DNA of 64,000 nt from Macrostomum hystrix (taxonomy: Eukaryota > Animalia > Platyhelminthes). A model generated the notes under the pieces. It did not search any database. It was not told the DNA's origin and saw only the letters and a list, made by a program, of their open reading frames with translations. Location: positions 186,001 through 250,000 of the forward strand of contig CATNEN010000029.1 in NCBI GenBank assembly GCA_950097015.1, given 5' to 3'. Below are positions 63,140 through 64,000 of the stretch, piece after piece (position 1 is the first letter of the stretch; each line of letters opens with the position of its first letter). A program made the position numbers and the translations under genes.

Positions 63140-64000
63140 ACGAGTAGATACCCCTAATTCTCCAGGATACAGGTGAATGCCCCTAATTCTCTACGATAAA
63201 ATTAGATACACCTAATTCTTCTGAATACAGGTATAGCTACCGCATTAATTCCTGTAATTCCTGAATACATGTCGATGGTACTGGTCCTCCAGACTACATG
63301 TGGATACCACTGATCCTCCAAAGTATGTGTAGATATCATTGGTCCTCCAGAATTCATGTCGATACCCCTGATTCTCCAGAGTACAGGTGGATACCACTGA
63401 TCCTCCAAAGTACGTGTGGATATCACTGGTCCTCCAGAATTCATGTCGATTAACCCCTGATTCTCCAGAGTACAGGTGGATACCACTGATCCTCCAAAGT
63501 ATGTGTAGATATCATTGGTCCTCCAGAATTCATGTCGATACCCCTGATTCTCCAGAGTACAGGTGGATACCCCTAATCCTCCAAAGTATGCGTGGATATC
63601 ACTGGTCCTCCAGAATTCATGTCGATACCCCTGATTCTCCAGAGTACAGGTGGATACCCCTAATCCTCCAAAGTATGCGTGGATATCACTGGTCCTCCAG
63701 AATTCATGTCGATACCCCTGATTCTCCAGAGTACAGGTGGATACCCCTGATCCTCCAAAGTACGTGTGGATATCACTGGTCCTCCAGAATTCATGTCGAT
63801 ACCCCTGATTCTCCAGAGTACAGGTGGATACCACTGATCTTCCAAAGTATGTGTAGATATCACTGGTCCTCCAGAATTCATGCCGATTAACCCCTGATTC
63901 TCCAGAGTACAGGTGGATACCACTGATCCTCCAAAGCATGTGTAGATATCACTGGTCCTCCAGAATTCATGTCGATACCCCTGATTCTCCAGAGTACAGG
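63140..64000. repeat. 87-bp higher-order satellite built from three 29-bp subunits; runs off the window
   Basis: GATACCCCTG recurs at 63537 and 63624. Subunits are GATACCCCTGATTCTCCAGAGTACAGGTG, GATACCACTGATCCTCCAAAGTATGTGTA and GATATCACTGGTCCTCCAGAATTCATGTC. Confidence 0.95.

Overview
Eukaryotic, almost certainly metazoan, genomic DNA. GC-rich exons with GT-AG introns sit in AT-rich spacers, and about a quarter of the window is unrelated minisatellite arrays (units 16-87 bp). This style resembles a free-living flatworm such as Macrostomum, which is my inference only. Genes I can reconstruct: FHA-domain (CEP170 N-terminus-like) gene, ChaC gamma-glutamylcyclotransferase, divergent family-B/Methuselah-like 7TM receptor, an intronless secreted violaxanthin de-epoxidase-like (VDE/VDL) lipocalin, a 5-exon CTD small phosphatase, an orphan 4TM protein, a divergent tetraspanin, a Dpr-like two-Ig protein with a GPI-type tail, an invertebrate D1-like dopamine receptor, a PET100-like ORF and part of an unknown spliced gene. 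Mobile DNA: three tRNA-derived SINE families (two insertions with clear TSDs, one of them nested), a hAT-type non-autonomous element with an 8-bp TSD, a decayed LINE RT fragment and a gypsy integrase fragment. The top signal is the VDE-like gene, a family known from plant/algal carotenoid metabolism, in an animal-type context. Second is two introns whose minisatellites start at, and resemble, their own 5' splice site. No CRISPR, rRNA or intact tRNA. All calls come from reading the sequence; no searches were run.
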